Part shown: positions 17,192 to 26,829 of the stretch, in pieces
Numbering within the stretch: the first letter of the stretch is position 1
How the letters are laid out: every line of letters starts with the position of its first letter
Source: Clostridia bacterium
GTDB lineage: Bacteria > Bacillota > Clostridia > Oscillospirales > CAG-382
Length of the DNA stretch: 63,266 bases
Direction of reading: 5' to 3'
Assembly: GCA_017381715.1 (NCBI GenBank)
Contig: JAFOBR010000050.1
Coordinates: 1-63,266, forward strand
The notes under the pieces: model-generated
Told to the model about the DNA's origin: nothing
The model's input: only the letters and a program-made list of their open reading frames with translations
The model's database searches: none
Made by a program: the position numbers and the translations under genes

Positions 17192-18874
17192 ATGCAAAAC
17201 AAGCAACTTGAATCACAAATTGAATTTTTGCTGTCGGCTGCTTTAAAAAAGTGCGGTAATATGCAGGATGCAGAGGATCTTACGCAGGAAACCTTGCTGT
17301 GTGCTTTGTCTTATTTGGCAAAGGGCGGAATAATTAACGATATGCGCGGCTGGCTCCTTACCGTTTTAAGCAACAAATGGAACAATATGCTTCGCAAGAA
17401 ATACCGTCAGCCTATTGTGGCAATAGGGGAAGGATTTGATATTATTGACGAAACTGCCTGCATTCCCGATGAAGAGGAAAATGACCGCGCCGAGCAAGTT
17501 CGTAAAACTGTGGCGTATATGGCAAAAACATACCGCGAGGTGATCGTGCGCCATTATATGAACGGGGAAAGCGTGGCTGAAATTTCCAAATCTATGGGAA
17601 TACCCGAGGGTACCGTAAAAAGCAGACTTCACAGCGGAAGAAACCGTATGAAAGAGGAAATGAAATTTATGAAAAGTTATTCTAACCAAAGCTATCGTCC
17701 AATCACATTATGGATAGCTAACAGCGGAAACAACGGCAGAAACAACGAGCCCGGCTCTCTTGTAAAAGGCGATCTGCTTGCGCAAAATCTACTTTGGACT
17801 GCATACGAAAATCCGGTTACGGCAGAAGCGCTTGCAAAAAGCATAGGCGTTCCCACAGCCTATGTTGAACCTATACTTGAACGGCTTGTTGATGGGGAAT
17901 TGATGGTTAAAACAGGCAATAAATATTACACCGATTTTATTATTTACACCGTTGAAGACAAAGAAAAGCACATTCCCGCCCAGAAAGAATTTGTAAAAAA
18001 CAATTTTACGCTTATTTGGAAGCATATTGAAAACGGTCTTTGCAAACTAAGGGAGCAGGATTTTTACAAAAACCTTAATTTTGACCAAAAAAATTCTTTG
18101 GAAATGTACTTTGCCTTTAACTGCCTAGATTACGGAATTTGTCGTATCATAAGTAATATTCTGGGTGAAGATCAACAGTTTCCTTACAGAAAAGACGGCG
18201 GACGATGGATAGCCTTTGCAACGGTGAATTTTAAGGAATTCAACCCAATGGAACATCTGGATTTAATGATGCATTCGTATTCAGGCGAACGGCACACATA
18301 TTTTGAAAAATTCACAAACCGTATGGTGTGCCAGCACGTATATTCTGCAGACGGATTTCCCAACTATTCCTATTACGCTTCGCCCGATTACGATTTTATA
18401 AAAGCAGGAGAAGACGTAGACGAGATTATTACAAAGCTGTTGTTTATTCTTCATATGGGTATTCCTGCGGAACACGTAGGCTTTAACGAAGAATACTTAA
18501 AGATGATCCCTCATCTTGTAAAATGCAAGATATTACGTGAAGAAAACGGTGACATCTTCGTGAATATTCCTGTTATAAACCAAAAAGAATCCGATATTCT
18601 ATACGAAATCCTTACCGAAGCAAAGCAGGGGATGGCAAATGATAAAGAGCTGAAAACACTTTTTTCGGAGTTTGTAAGTGATAAAGAAACCAAGTGTCCT
18701 TCTCATATAAACAGTATTCCTGTGTTTAAACGCTATATGTGCCCTCTAAACGCTATGCTGTTTTCCTGCGTGCGGGAGGCTATGAAGAACGGTATGCTTT
18801 ATGACGGCGATTACGATAATGACGAAGCAAAAGTAAATCAGCATCCTTGTCCGATGATATTGGTAATCGAATAA
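17192..18874 (+). CDS. ECF-like sigma-70 family factor with about 400 aa soluble C-terminal extension
   Basis: Region 2 (DAEDLTQETLLCAL...WLLTVLSNKWNNMLRK) and region 4 (ESVAEISKSMGIPEGTVKSRLHSGR) in the first 160 aa; 560 aa in total, no TM segment. Confidence 0.8.
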   Translation: MQNKQLESQIEFLLSAALKKCGNMQDAEDLTQETLLCALSYLAKGGIINDMRGWLLTVLSNKWNNMLRKKYRQPIVAIGEGFDIIDETACIPDEEENDRAEQVRKTVAYMAKTYREVIVRHYMNGESVAEISKSMGIPEGTVKSRLHSGRNRMKEEMKFMKSYSNQSYRPITLWIANSGNNGRNNEPGSLVKGDLLAQNLLWTAYENPVTAEALAKSIGVPTAYVEPILERLVDGELMVKTGNKYYTDFIIYTVEDKEKHIPAQKEFVKNNFTLIWKHIENGLCKLREQDFYKNLNFDQKNSLEMYFAFNCLDYGICRIISNILGEDQQFPYRKDGGRWIAFATVNFKEFNPMEHLDLMMHSYSGERHTYFEKFTNRMVCQHVYSADGFPNYSYYASPDYDFIKAGEDVDEIITKLLFILHMGIPAEHVGFNEEYLKMIPHLVKCKILREENGDIFVNIPVINQKESDILYEILTEAKQGMANDKELKTLFSEFVSDKETKCPSHINSIPVFKRYMCPLNAMLFSCVREAMKNGMLYDGDYDNDEAKVNQHPCPMILVIE

Positions 18875-18881
18875 GCAAAAC

Positions 18882-18909
18882 AAAAATCCTCCTTAACGGA
18901 GGATTTTTT
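18882..18909. terminator. Bidirectional intrinsic terminator
   Basis: ATCCTCC/TTAAC/GGAGGAT flanked by AAAAA and TTTTT, between convergent genes. Confidence 0.8.
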
Positions 18910-18912
18910 GAA

Positions 18913-19326
18913 CTATTTTTTCTTGCTGTCAAGCCAGCTTTGCAGAATTATTTGTGCGGACAGGGTATCGATAACGTTTCTACGCTTTTTGCCGTTAAAT
19001 TCTGTGGCGTTAAGATATCTGTATGCTTCCATTGTGGAAAGACGTTCATCCATAAACTCGTATTCAAGTCCGGTTGCCTCTTTAAGCATTTCTGCAAAAC
19101 GCTGTGTTCTTTCGGCACGGTATGAAAGAGATCCGTCCATATTTTTGGGAAGCCCGATAACAAGCTTTTCCGCACCGAGGGCAATCGCTTTTTCGCATAC
19201 CTTTTGAACCGCATCATTGATACCGCTTACCTTTATTGTTCCTTGCGCAGTTGCCAGAGTTTCACCGTAATCGGAGGTTGCAACACCTACGCGGGCATCT
19301 CCGAAGTCTATTCCCAATACTTTCAT
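18913..19326 (-). CDS. ruvX: Holliday junction resolvase RuvX (YqgF family)
   Basis: MKVLGIDFGDARVGVATSD start at 19326; 137 aa; the longer ORF to 19584 is unsupported. Confidence 0.88.
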   Translation of the reverse strand: MKVLGIDFGDARVGVATSDYGETLATAQGTIKVSGINDAVQKVCEKAIALGAEKLVIGLPKNMDGSLSYRAERTQRFAEMLKEATGLEYEFMDERLSTMEAYRYLNATEFNGKKRRNVIDTLSAQIILQSWLDSKKK

Positions 19327-19427
19327 TTTTTTAAAACCTTTTTTTCCAATTTTTTCTCTTTGCTTTTTAGTCATAATTTCTTCACATTCGGTAATAATAC
19401 TATTGCCCCCAAAAAGGAGCGAAAATA

Positions 19428-19667
19428 ATGAATGATAAAAAGCAATCAAAACAAAACGGCAGACAAAGATATCTTTTCGGTGAAAACCGTTTCGGATATC
19501 CCAAAATGCCGGAGATAGAAGTCCCCAACGTATTATATCCCATCGGTTATCCGGAACCGCTGATAGGAATGGATATGCTCTCACGCGATACCGACCCTAA
19601 CGGAAGTTATACCGGAACACCGATAGAAAGAAGTGAACAACCTGTTCAGGATGCGGACGATCTTTAA
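19428..19667 (+). CDS. Small hypothetical protein
   Basis: 79 aa, good RBS AAAGGAG, no motif recognised. Confidence 0.55.
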   Translation: MNDKKQSKQNGRQRYLFGENRFGYPKMPEIEVPNVLYPIGYPEPLIGMDMLSRDTDPNGSYTGTPIERSEQPVQDADDL

Positions 19668-19714
19668 AGCCGCGTCCCGACAGTTTCAAACGGCTGTCTT
19701 ATGGCAGCCGCTAC

Positions 19715-20734
19715 TTATTTTGTTAAAATTTTTTCGATATTTTCAATCATTTTCTTTGCCATAAAATACATTCCCAGATCATTGGGATGGAGATAATCCA
19801 CAAAGCAAAGATCGCTCATTTCCTTGGGGAAATATTCTCTTCCATCAAGGAAATATACATTTTTATCACCCTCTGCCAAGGCACGTTCAAAGGTGGTCTT
19901 AACTATCTCTATGCGCTTAAGATCGTTTTCGGAGGTAGGCCAGCAATAGGGGTGAGTGCACATAAGCACGGGAGTTTCGGGATGAGCGTTTCTGAAGGTT
20001 TTGTAAAAGGGATAATGAGTGGTCTCCAGTTCTTCCAAAGAGCGGGCGTTAAACACGTAATCCATTACGAACAAGCCGATATCGTCTCTTGTTGCCATAT
20101 ATTCGGCTACGGATTGCTCACCGAAAGCAGAGCCGGAAAAACCAAGGTTAATACAGTCTGCATCGAAATGACGGCAAACGATATTGGCAAAAGCAGTACC
20201 CGCACGGGATGCACATCCGCCCTGCGTAATGGATGAGCCGTAAAAAGCTATGGGAGCGGTAGTTCTTTCCGCAGGGGCCTTGAGTGTGGCTCTCTCGGGA
20301 ATACCCACTTCAATGTCCTCGATGCCTGCGTACAAAGGCATATAGATAAGTACTTCGTTTTCGCCTTCGGGAAGATTTACTTCGTTTTCGTTTTGCTCGG
20401 TGCTGTCGGCAAAGGTCTGCATAATTTTACCGCAGTATTCTCGGTTTTTGCCGCTGCCTACCAAAAGATCAAGTCCCCACACGCCTCTGTGAGTAAAATG
20501 GTTCATACCAACGGTTACCACACGGAGTTTATTACGGATGCATATAGTATTTGCATCCGTTACAAATCGTACAGTACCGCCGGAGGTCTGGTGTGCAAGC
20601 CCGCTGTTGGCGCCGGAATAAATATCCTTTTTGCTTGCATCAAGTCTGTAATATTCGCCGTAGTTTTTATCGGGGTGGAGAATACCGCCGATAACAAAGG
20701 GCTCGTTTTTAACGTTTGTAAAAATGTAATCCAT
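19715..20734 (-). CDS. SGNH/GDSL hydrolase family protein
   Basis: FYGSSITQG block I serine; C-terminal DYLHPND (DxxH); 339 aa. Confidence 0.8.
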   Translation of the reverse strand: MDYIFTNVKNEPFVIGGILHPDKNYGEYYRLDASKKDIYSGANSGLAHQTSGGTVRFVTDANTICIRNKLRVVTVGMNHFTHRGVWGLDLLVGSGKNREYCGKIMQTFADSTEQNENEVNLPEGENEVLIYMPLYAGIEDIEVGIPERATLKAPAERTTAPIAFYGSSITQGGCASRAGTAFANIVCRHFDADCINLGFSGSAFGEQSVAEYMATRDDIGLFVMDYVFNARSLEELETTHYPFYKTFRNAHPETPVLMCTHPYCWPTSENDLKRIEIVKTTFERALAEGDKNVYFLDGREYFPKEMSDLCFVDYLHPNDLGMYFMAKKMIENIEKILTK

Positions 20735-20745
20735 AAGTATATACC

Positions 20746-20922
20746 TCAGTTCTGTTTTCGTACAGTTTTATATTCGTCATAAGGGTTGTAATAGGGGCAT
20801 CCGTTTTTTGCGCTGAGGAGAGCGACCATTTCGTCTTCGTCAAAATCCGCATCGCAAACGTAGGTGTCGGTATATTCGTCGTATGCGTAATACATACAAT
20901 TTTCGCAAAGATTATCGGGCAT
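20746..20922 (-). CDS. Small Cys-containing acidic protein (uncharacterised clostridial family)
   Basis: ATG 20922 nine nt after AGGAG; MPDNLCENCMYYAYDEY...CPYYNPYDEY; 58 aa. Confidence 0.6.
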   Translation of the reverse strand: MPDNLCENCMYYAYDEYTDTYVCDADFDEDEMVALLSAKNGCPYYNPYDEYKTVRKQN

Positions 20923-21009
20923 ATTAAATATCTCCTTTAAAATTACTTGCAATTCACGGAAAAAGAGGTTATAATCTAAAAACAAAGTTTAAAAAGAGGA
21001 GTTATTTTA

Positions 21010-21501
21010 ATGAAAGCATTAATAAAAGTAAAAGATCTCGGCGTAATGACAGCCGAATTATACCCTGAAAAAGCACCCAAGACCGTAGAAAACTTCGTTT
21101 CTCTTGCAAAAAGCGGCTTTTACAAAGGACTTATCTTCCACCGCGTTATCGAAGGATTTATGATTCAGGGCGGCGGTTTTTATCCCGATTTCGAGCACAA
21201 GGATGCAAAGGCAATAAAGGGTGAATTCGCAGGAAACGGCTTTGCCGGTAACGATATCGCTCATACCCGCGGTGTTTTGTCCATGGCTCGTACAATGGAC
21301 CCCAACTCCGCCTCTTCCCAGTTCTTTGTAATGCATCAGAACGCACCTCACCTTAACGGTCAGTACGCCGCATTCGGCTGCCTTACCGACGGGTTCGACG
21401 TGCTTGACACCATTGCAGGTACAGATACCGGCAGATACGGTTATTATTCCGATGTTCCCAGAACCGCAATAGTTATTGAAGATATTGAAATAGTTGATTA
21501 A
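21010..21501 (+). CDS. Peptidylprolyl isomerase, cyclophilin type
   Basis: FHRVIEGFMIQGG and SQFFV motifs, 163 aa. Confidence 0.92.
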   Translation: MKALIKVKDLGVMTAELYPEKAPKTVENFVSLAKSGFYKGLIFHRVIEGFMIQGGGFYPDFEHKDAKAIKGEFAGNGFAGNDIAHTRGVLSMARTMDPNSASSQFFVMHQNAPHLNGQYAAFGCLTDGFDVLDTIAGTDTGRYGYYSDVPRTAIVIEDIEIVD

Positions 21502-21508
21502 TCTTTTT

Positions 21509-21537
21509 GCCCGGCTTTAAGTCGGGCTTTCTTTTTT
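21509..21537 (+). terminator. Intrinsic terminator
   Basis: GCCCGG/CTTTAAG/TCGGGC followed by TTTCTTTTTT. Confidence 0.7.
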
Positions 21538-22135
21538 AAATCAATCCTCTTTTTTCTTTCTTTAGTGTGGTCTTCGGACCGTGTCCGGGATAAACTGTGT
21601 AATCGCGATCCAAAGCAAAAAGTTTGCGTATGGAATTATATTCTTCCATTGTATCACCGCCGTAAAGGTCTGTTCTGCCGATACCGCTTCTGAATAGTGT
21701 ATCGCCGGAAATCAGAATATCTCCGCAGATAAAGCAGCTGCTTCCTTTGGTGTGCCCGGGCGTATGAAGAACGCTGAGGTGTATATCACCAAAGTACATA
21801 TCGTTATCACCGTCAAAAAATTTCGGCGGGGTAGTGCATATTATATTACTTTCGGGAAGCAGAAACGAAGCGTTCTTGTGGGGATCTTCAAGCATTTCTG
21901 CATCCAACACGTTTATATACAGATCTGTGCCTGTTTCGCGGCAGATATCGTCTACTGCACCTATATGGTCAAAATGCCCGTGAGTAAGTATTACGGCGCG
22001 GAGATCGTATCCTTCAAGCAGGGAATATATTTTATCTTTTTCCCCGTCGGGATCAAATACTACCGCATCTGTACCCTCGGTAAGTATATAGCAGTTTGTT
22101 CCGAGCAAACCGCAATTAATCGTTTTTATTTCCAT
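21536..22135 (-). CDS. MBL-fold metallo-hydrolase (glyoxalase II-like)
   Basis: THGHFDHIG motif; ATG 22135 preferred over TTG 22153; overlaps the end of the upstream gene by 20 nt. Confidence 0.85.
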   Translation of the reverse strand: MEIKTINCGLLGTNCYILTEGTDAVVFDPDGEKDKIYSLLEGYDLRAVILTHGHFDHIGAVDDICRETGTDLYINVLDAEMLEDPHKNASFLLPESNIICTTPPKFFDGDNDMYFGDIHLSVLHTPGHTKGSSCFICGDILISGDTLFRSGIGRTDLYGGDTMEEYNSIRKLFALDRDYTVYPGHGPKTTLKKEKRGLI

Positions 22136-23285
22136 TTTCGTGAATCCTGTCAAGTAAAGTTACCCATTTTACCGCCGTTCTCATATCCGGCATCGGATGG
22201 ATATAAACAAGCTTGTTTTTATGATATACGTCAAATGCAGAGCCTACGGTGATAGGGAAGCCGCCCAGCTTATCAATGGGATAAAAAGCTTCCAGTTCTT
22301 CTCCGAAAATTTCGCCCTTCATATAAAAACCGGTTTTATCAAGTCTTACAAAGCCTTTTCCTGCATTGTGGTCTATATTGCCTTTTTCGTTTTTGGTGCC
22401 GAATACAGCTTCGCTTTCCAAAACCTCGTTTTCGGGGTCAAGGCATTGCTTTTGCCAATCCATCCACTCGTTTATTCTTGAAAAACGCGAACCGCTGAAA
22501 CGGTATTTATTATCCAGAACCGCGTCTGCACCGCATACGGAGCAGGTAATATGATTGTTTTTGGCAGTCATTTTGAATTCGCTCATGCATTCGGGGCATT
22601 TATATATAATTCCGTCAAGCCCTTCTGTCATATCCTTGCAGCGGTATTTTGTTCCTGCCATAGCCAATTCGTCATCGTGAAGAATTGCGCTGTCAATACG
22701 TGCGCTTATTTCCTCAAGAGAAAGCGTTTTGATCTCGTCTGCCGCAAACAGCTTTGATGTGGTAATGTTGATTTTACCTTTGCGGTTCTTCTTTCTCCAT
22801 TTGGGGAAGGTAAGATACGCACCGTTTCCGGTAACGGTATAGACGTCAACACCGCAGCTTTTAACAAGCTCTGCGGTTCCCTGTGTTACAGCAAGGGAAT
22901 GACCGTACCATGTAAGTCGGCCTTCGGGAAACAAAACTATGGTGTTTCCGCATTTCAAAGCACGGCGGATGTTCATAATAGTGCCCACGTCTGCGCAGAA
23001 CATCTTTTTGGTAATAACACGCATCATCTTCATAACGGGACGCAGTATGGGAAATCCCGCAAAATGCTCACTCATTACAAAGGTAGGGCGGTGGGGAAAC
23101 AGACCAAAGGCTGTTAAAAAATGGTCGCTGTTAGACAAATGAGGGCATAAAACGATGGATGCTCCCTTCATATCCTTAATTCCGCTTCTGTCAACGGTAA
23201 CTCCGTATGCCAGACGGTAATATATACGCATTATAAAGTATGCCGGATAATATATCAGTGCCGGCGGCTTTTTGAATTTTTTCAT
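22116..23285 (-). CDS. PlsC-type acyltransferase with C-terminal zinc-ribbon-containing extension
   Basis: HLSNSD (HxxxxD) and FPEGR motifs in the N-terminal half; CPECMSEF...CSVCGA in the C-terminal half; 389 aa. Confidence 0.75.
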   Translation of the reverse strand: MKKFKKPPALIYYPAYFIMRIYYRLAYGVTVDRSGIKDMKGASIVLCPHLSNSDHFLTAFGLFPHRPTFVMSEHFAGFPILRPVMKMMRVITKKMFCADVGTIMNIRRALKCGNTIVLFPEGRLTWYGHSLAVTQGTAELVKSCGVDVYTVTGNGAYLTFPKWRKKNRKGKINITTSKLFAADEIKTLSLEEISARIDSAILHDDELAMAGTKYRCKDMTEGLDGIIYKCPECMSEFKMTAKNNHITCSVCGADAVLDNKYRFSGSRFSRINEWMDWQKQCLDPENEVLESEAVFGTKNEKGNIDHNAGKGFVRLDKTGFYMKGEIFGEELEAFYPIDKLGGFPITVGSAFDVYHKNKLVYIHPMPDMRTAVKWVTLLDRIHENGNKND

Positions 23286-23354
23286 ATTTCATCAACTCCT
23301 AACAAATTATACCATATATTTGTTTTTTGTCAATGAGATAAAACCTCTTAATAC

Positions 23355-23383
23355 TTGACAAAAAGTATATGTGAATATATAAT
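23355..23383 (+). promoter_or_regulatory. Sigma-A type promoter for the GH20 gene
   Basis: TTGACA 23355-23360, 17 nt, TATAAT 23378-23383. Confidence 0.6.
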
Positions 23384-23418
23384 TACTTTAGAAAATAATG
23401 TTGTTTTGGAGGAACAAT

Positions 23419-25194
23419 ATGAACGTAATCCCTTGTCCGAAAATGATTGAATCTGATGAATCTACCGTTTATATCGGCGGTTGGAACATTGTTATGAACC
23501 CTCTGTGCGACAGCCGTATATTCAAGGCTTGTCAGACCCTCAAAGCAGAGCTTGAAAAAGAAACTTCCGTTGCATCCAAGATAAACAAAGCCTTCGGCGC
23601 GGAAAATATGACAAAATGCATCAGCGTATGCGCCGGTAACGAAGAAAACAGCGAAAAATACACGCTCGTTTGTACCGAAGATGCCGTAAGAATTTCTGCT
23701 CCCTCTCTTGCAGGTGCTTTCTACGGTATTCAGACACTTCGTCAGCTTCTCCGTTCTTCCGACGGACGTATTGCTCTGTGCAATATCGATGACGAACCCG
23801 ATATGCCTCACAGAGGCTTTTATCACGACGTTTCCCGCGGCAGAGTTCCTACCGTAGACGGTGTTAAAAAGCTTATAGATTTTATCGCTTACTACAAAAT
23901 GAACTCTCTCCAGCTTTATATTGAGCACGCATTCGATTTTAACGAATACCGTTGCTTCCTTGAACCCCACGGCTATCTCACCGCAGAAGAAATTCTGGAG
24001 CTTGATGATTACTGCTACGAAAACTTTATAGATTTCATTCCTTCTCTTTCCACCTTTGGTCATCTTTACAGACTTTTGGAAACCAAAGAATACAAGCATC
24101 TTTGCGAGCTTGATGAGTTTACTCCCGATCCCAATTTGTGGCTCAACCGTATGCTTCACCATACCATTGACGCTTCCAATCCCGAATCCTTTGAACTTAT
24201 AAAGTCGCTTATTGACCAATACATACCTTTGTTCAGAAGCAAATACTTCAACATCTGCTGTGATGAAACTTTCGACCTTTGCAATGGTAGAAACAAGGGC
24301 AAGGATAAGGGCGCACTTTATCTTGAATTTACCACAAAGCTTATAAACCGCGTATCCTCCCGCGGAAAGACAGTTATGATGTGGGGCGATATAGCGCTGC
24401 ATCACCCCGAAATTCTGGATTCCTTCCCCAAGGATATGATAATGCTTTGCTGGGATTACTGTGATAACCCCAATATCGGCAATATTGAAAAGTTTGCACA
24501 AAGCGGTCTTCCCCAGATAGTATGTCCCGGCACTTCCTGCTGGAACCATTTTTGTGAAGTTATCAACTATGCAAAGCCCAACATTATCGGTATGATCGAT
24601 GGCGGTGTTAAAAACGGCGCACTCGGCTTGCTCAACACCTCTTGGGGCGATTACGGCCATGTTTGCTCGCTTAACTGCACCTTGTACGGTATTGTTCTCG
24701 GTGCCGCAAAGGCTTGGAATAACGCTACCGATGCATATTCCAAGGATTTCGATTGCGACGTAAGCAACCTTCTTTACGATGATCACACAGGAATAACCCT
24801 TTCTATGGTTAAATCCCTTGGTGATTGCGAAATGAAGATGAGCTGGGGTCTGTTCGTTCAGTGGTATCACGGCATGCGCAATTACTGGGGTAAGATGCCC
24901 GAAACCGAGGATGCACCCGAATTTGTTGAAAACGCAGAGCGTTGCTTTGCTATCGCAGATTCCTTCCGCAAGCTTGGAAGCGGTGAAATACTCTTGGATC
25001 TTTCTCTTGCTGCAGAGGCTACTGCATACATCAACCTTGCATTTGCACGACTTCTTGACGGCAGAGAATTAGGTGAATACAGAAGCAACTTCCTCCGCTG
25101 GTGTGAAGAATACGAAACCGCTTGGAGACGTGAAAACAAAACAAGCGAGCTTGTTCTCATAGTTGACCTTATGAAGAGAGCAATGTTTGAATAA
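23419..25194 (+). CDS. Glycoside hydrolase family 20-like (beta-N-acetylhexosaminidase family)
   Basis: ATG 23419 after GGAGG; PHRGFYHDVSRGRVPT and NICCDETFDL resemble the GH20 catalytic core. Confidence 0.75.
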   Translation: MNVIPCPKMIESDESTVYIGGWNIVMNPLCDSRIFKACQTLKAELEKETSVASKINKAFGAENMTKCISVCAGNEENSEKYTLVCTEDAVRISAPSLAGAFYGIQTLRQLLRSSDGRIALCNIDDEPDMPHRGFYHDVSRGRVPTVDGVKKLIDFIAYYKMNSLQLYIEHAFDFNEYRCFLEPHGYLTAEEILELDDYCYENFIDFIPSLSTFGHLYRLLETKEYKHLCELDEFTPDPNLWLNRMLHHTIDASNPESFELIKSLIDQYIPLFRSKYFNICCDETFDLCNGRNKGKDKGALYLEFTTKLINRVSSRGKTVMMWGDIALHHPEILDSFPKDMIMLCWDYCDNPNIGNIEKFAQSGLPQIVCPGTSCWNHFCEVINYAKPNIIGMIDGGVKNGALGLLNTSWGDYGHVCSLNCTLYGIVLGAAKAWNNATDAYSKDFDCDVSNLLYDDHTGITLSMVKSLGDCEMKMSWGLFVQWYHGMRNYWGKMPETEDAPEFVENAERCFAIADSFRKLGSGEILLDLSLAAEATAYINLAFARLLDGRELGEYRSNFLRWCEEYETAWRRENKTSELVLIVDLMKRAMFE

Positions 25195-25205
25195 TAAACA
25201 GTATA

Positions 25206-25243
25206 TAAAAAACGGACGGTGTAACAGCCGTCCGTAATTTTTT
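25206..25243. terminator. Bidirectional intrinsic terminator
   Basis: ACGGACGG/TGTAACAG/CCGTCCGT flanked by AAAAA and TTTTTT. Confidence 0.85.
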
Positions 25244-25259
25244 CTTGTGGTAATTGTGA

Positions 25260-26696
25260 TTATATTTTAATTTTTGCCCATTTTTCGCCTTTAAAGCGAA
25301 GCCAGCAAATAAACAGTCTGAAGTAATGATCCACCAGTAAAGCGCCGTATGCTCCCACAACACCGAATCCCAAAGGATATGCAAACAGATATGTGAACAA
25401 CGGACGGATGATAGTGATGGATAGCAGGGAACTGATAGCAACAAAGAAAGTATCTCCTGCGCCTCGTAAGCAACCGCTGTAAACCACCATAGAGATCTGT
25501 GCGGGCATAGTGAGGGCGAGGAGTATCATAATATATTCCGCCGCCTTCATAATAAATTCGCCGTTAGGGTCACCTGCGGGCACGAACCAGCTAACCATAT
25601 TAGTACCGTATGTAAAGAACAGCACCATAAACATTGCCGAACATATCGCACCAACGCGCTGTCCGATGCTACCGTACAGCAAAGAAAGGTCTTTTCTTTT
25701 TTTGCCAAGATTCATTCCCACAAGAGCCGAGGTGCCAACTCCCAATCCATCTCCCAGACAGAAAGACAAAGTAAGAATATTCATACAAATAGTGTTGGTG
25801 GCCGTTGATTCTTCACCCAGCTCATTTACCATCACCGCAGTAAGGAAAAAGCCTATTCTTAAAAATATCTGCTCAATGGCAGCGTTTCTGCTGACGCTTG
25901 CGTGTAGCTTAAGGATATCCTTTCGTATGACGAAGCATTCCTTGAGCTTGATATGTATTACCGATTTTTTATCAAAAAATACTGTCCATATAGACATAAG
26001 ACAGGATACCGCATTACCGATAAGAGTTGCAATTGCGGCACCTTTTATTCCCATAGGGGAAATGTTCAAAGCGCCGTTCAAAAAGTTTTCGCTTATAAGA
26101 ATAAAATTAAACAGGCAGTTGATAAGATTTGCTGTTATATTCGTAACCATAGAGATACGTGTTCGTCCGGTACCTCTGTGCGCGGCGTTTATGGTCATAC
26201 CGATACTGGTGAACAGCATACCTGCCATAGTAATTCTGAAATACATTGCAGAATCGTCAATATATGATTCTGCTGCCCCCGCAAGGTCAACAAGCGGTTT
26301 CGCAAAGCCTATAGCTATGGAACACAGAACGATTCCGAGAATTGCTGTTAAAGATATGGACTGAGCAAGACAGTTTTTGGCGCCCTCCATATCCTCCTGG
26401 CCCGTTCTGCGGCTTACAATAGCGGTTACACCGATATTGATAGCAAAAAAGACGGCATAAAAGATCATTCTCGGCTGGCCGGTCACACCAACGGCGGCAA
26501 CCGCATCTGTACCGATAACGGAAACCATCTGGGTGTCTATAAAAGCAACGAGGCTTATAAGGATGCTTTCAAGCATAGAGGGCCATGCAACTTTAAAAAA
26601 TTGAGCAAGTGCGCTTTTAGTGTTTGGAAGCTCGCCCAAAACTTCTTTTTTTCTTAATATATATTTGGGATTGAAATATCCCGTTAATAAATTCAT
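25260..26696 (-). CDS. MATE family efflux transporter
   Basis: 478 aa, 12 TM helices, MATE-like N-terminus (FFKVAWPSMLESILISL). Confidence 0.88.
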   Translation of the reverse strand: MNLLTGYFNPKYILRKKEVLGELPNTKSALAQFFKVAWPSMLESILISLVAFIDTQMVSVIGTDAVAAVGVTGQPRMIFYAVFFAINIGVTAIVSRRTGQEDMEGAKNCLAQSISLTAILGIVLCSIAIGFAKPLVDLAGAAESYIDDSAMYFRITMAGMLFTSIGMTINAAHRGTGRTRISMVTNITANLINCLFNFILISENFLNGALNISPMGIKGAAIATLIGNAVSCLMSIWTVFFDKKSVIHIKLKECFVIRKDILKLHASVSRNAAIEQIFLRIGFFLTAVMVNELGEESTATNTICMNILTLSFCLGDGLGVGTSALVGMNLGKKRKDLSLLYGSIGQRVGAICSAMFMVLFFTYGTNMVSWFVPAGDPNGEFIMKAAEYIMILLALTMPAQISMVVYSGCLRGAGDTFFVAISSLLSITIIRPLFTYLFAYPLGFGVVGAYGALLVDHYFRLFICWLRFKGEKWAKIKI

Positions 26697-26759
26697 TTTT
26701 TAATCACCGCATTTCCGCATGGTAGTTTAGCACTTTTATTCATCAAAATCAATAATTTC

Positions 26760-26788
26760 TTGACATTTTTTCAAAATTCAGTTATAAT
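26760..26788 (+). promoter_or_regulatory. Sigma-A type promoter for the lipoprotein pair
   Basis: TTGACA 26760-26765, 17 nt, TATAAT 26783-26788. Confidence 0.6.
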
Positions 26789-26829
26789 AATACGGTAAAG
26801 GTATTACAGATGTGAAAGACGGGCTTTTT

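Noticed and set aside
23383-24870. 495 aa ORF antisense to the GH20 gene
   Set aside because: It is fully embedded antisense in a gene with clear family motifs. The product is low-complexity with no motifs and no RBS. This is a typical stop-poor antisense frame.
25510-26364. 284 aa ORF antisense to the MATE transporter
   Set aside because: Same reasoning as above. The MATE gene explains the region.
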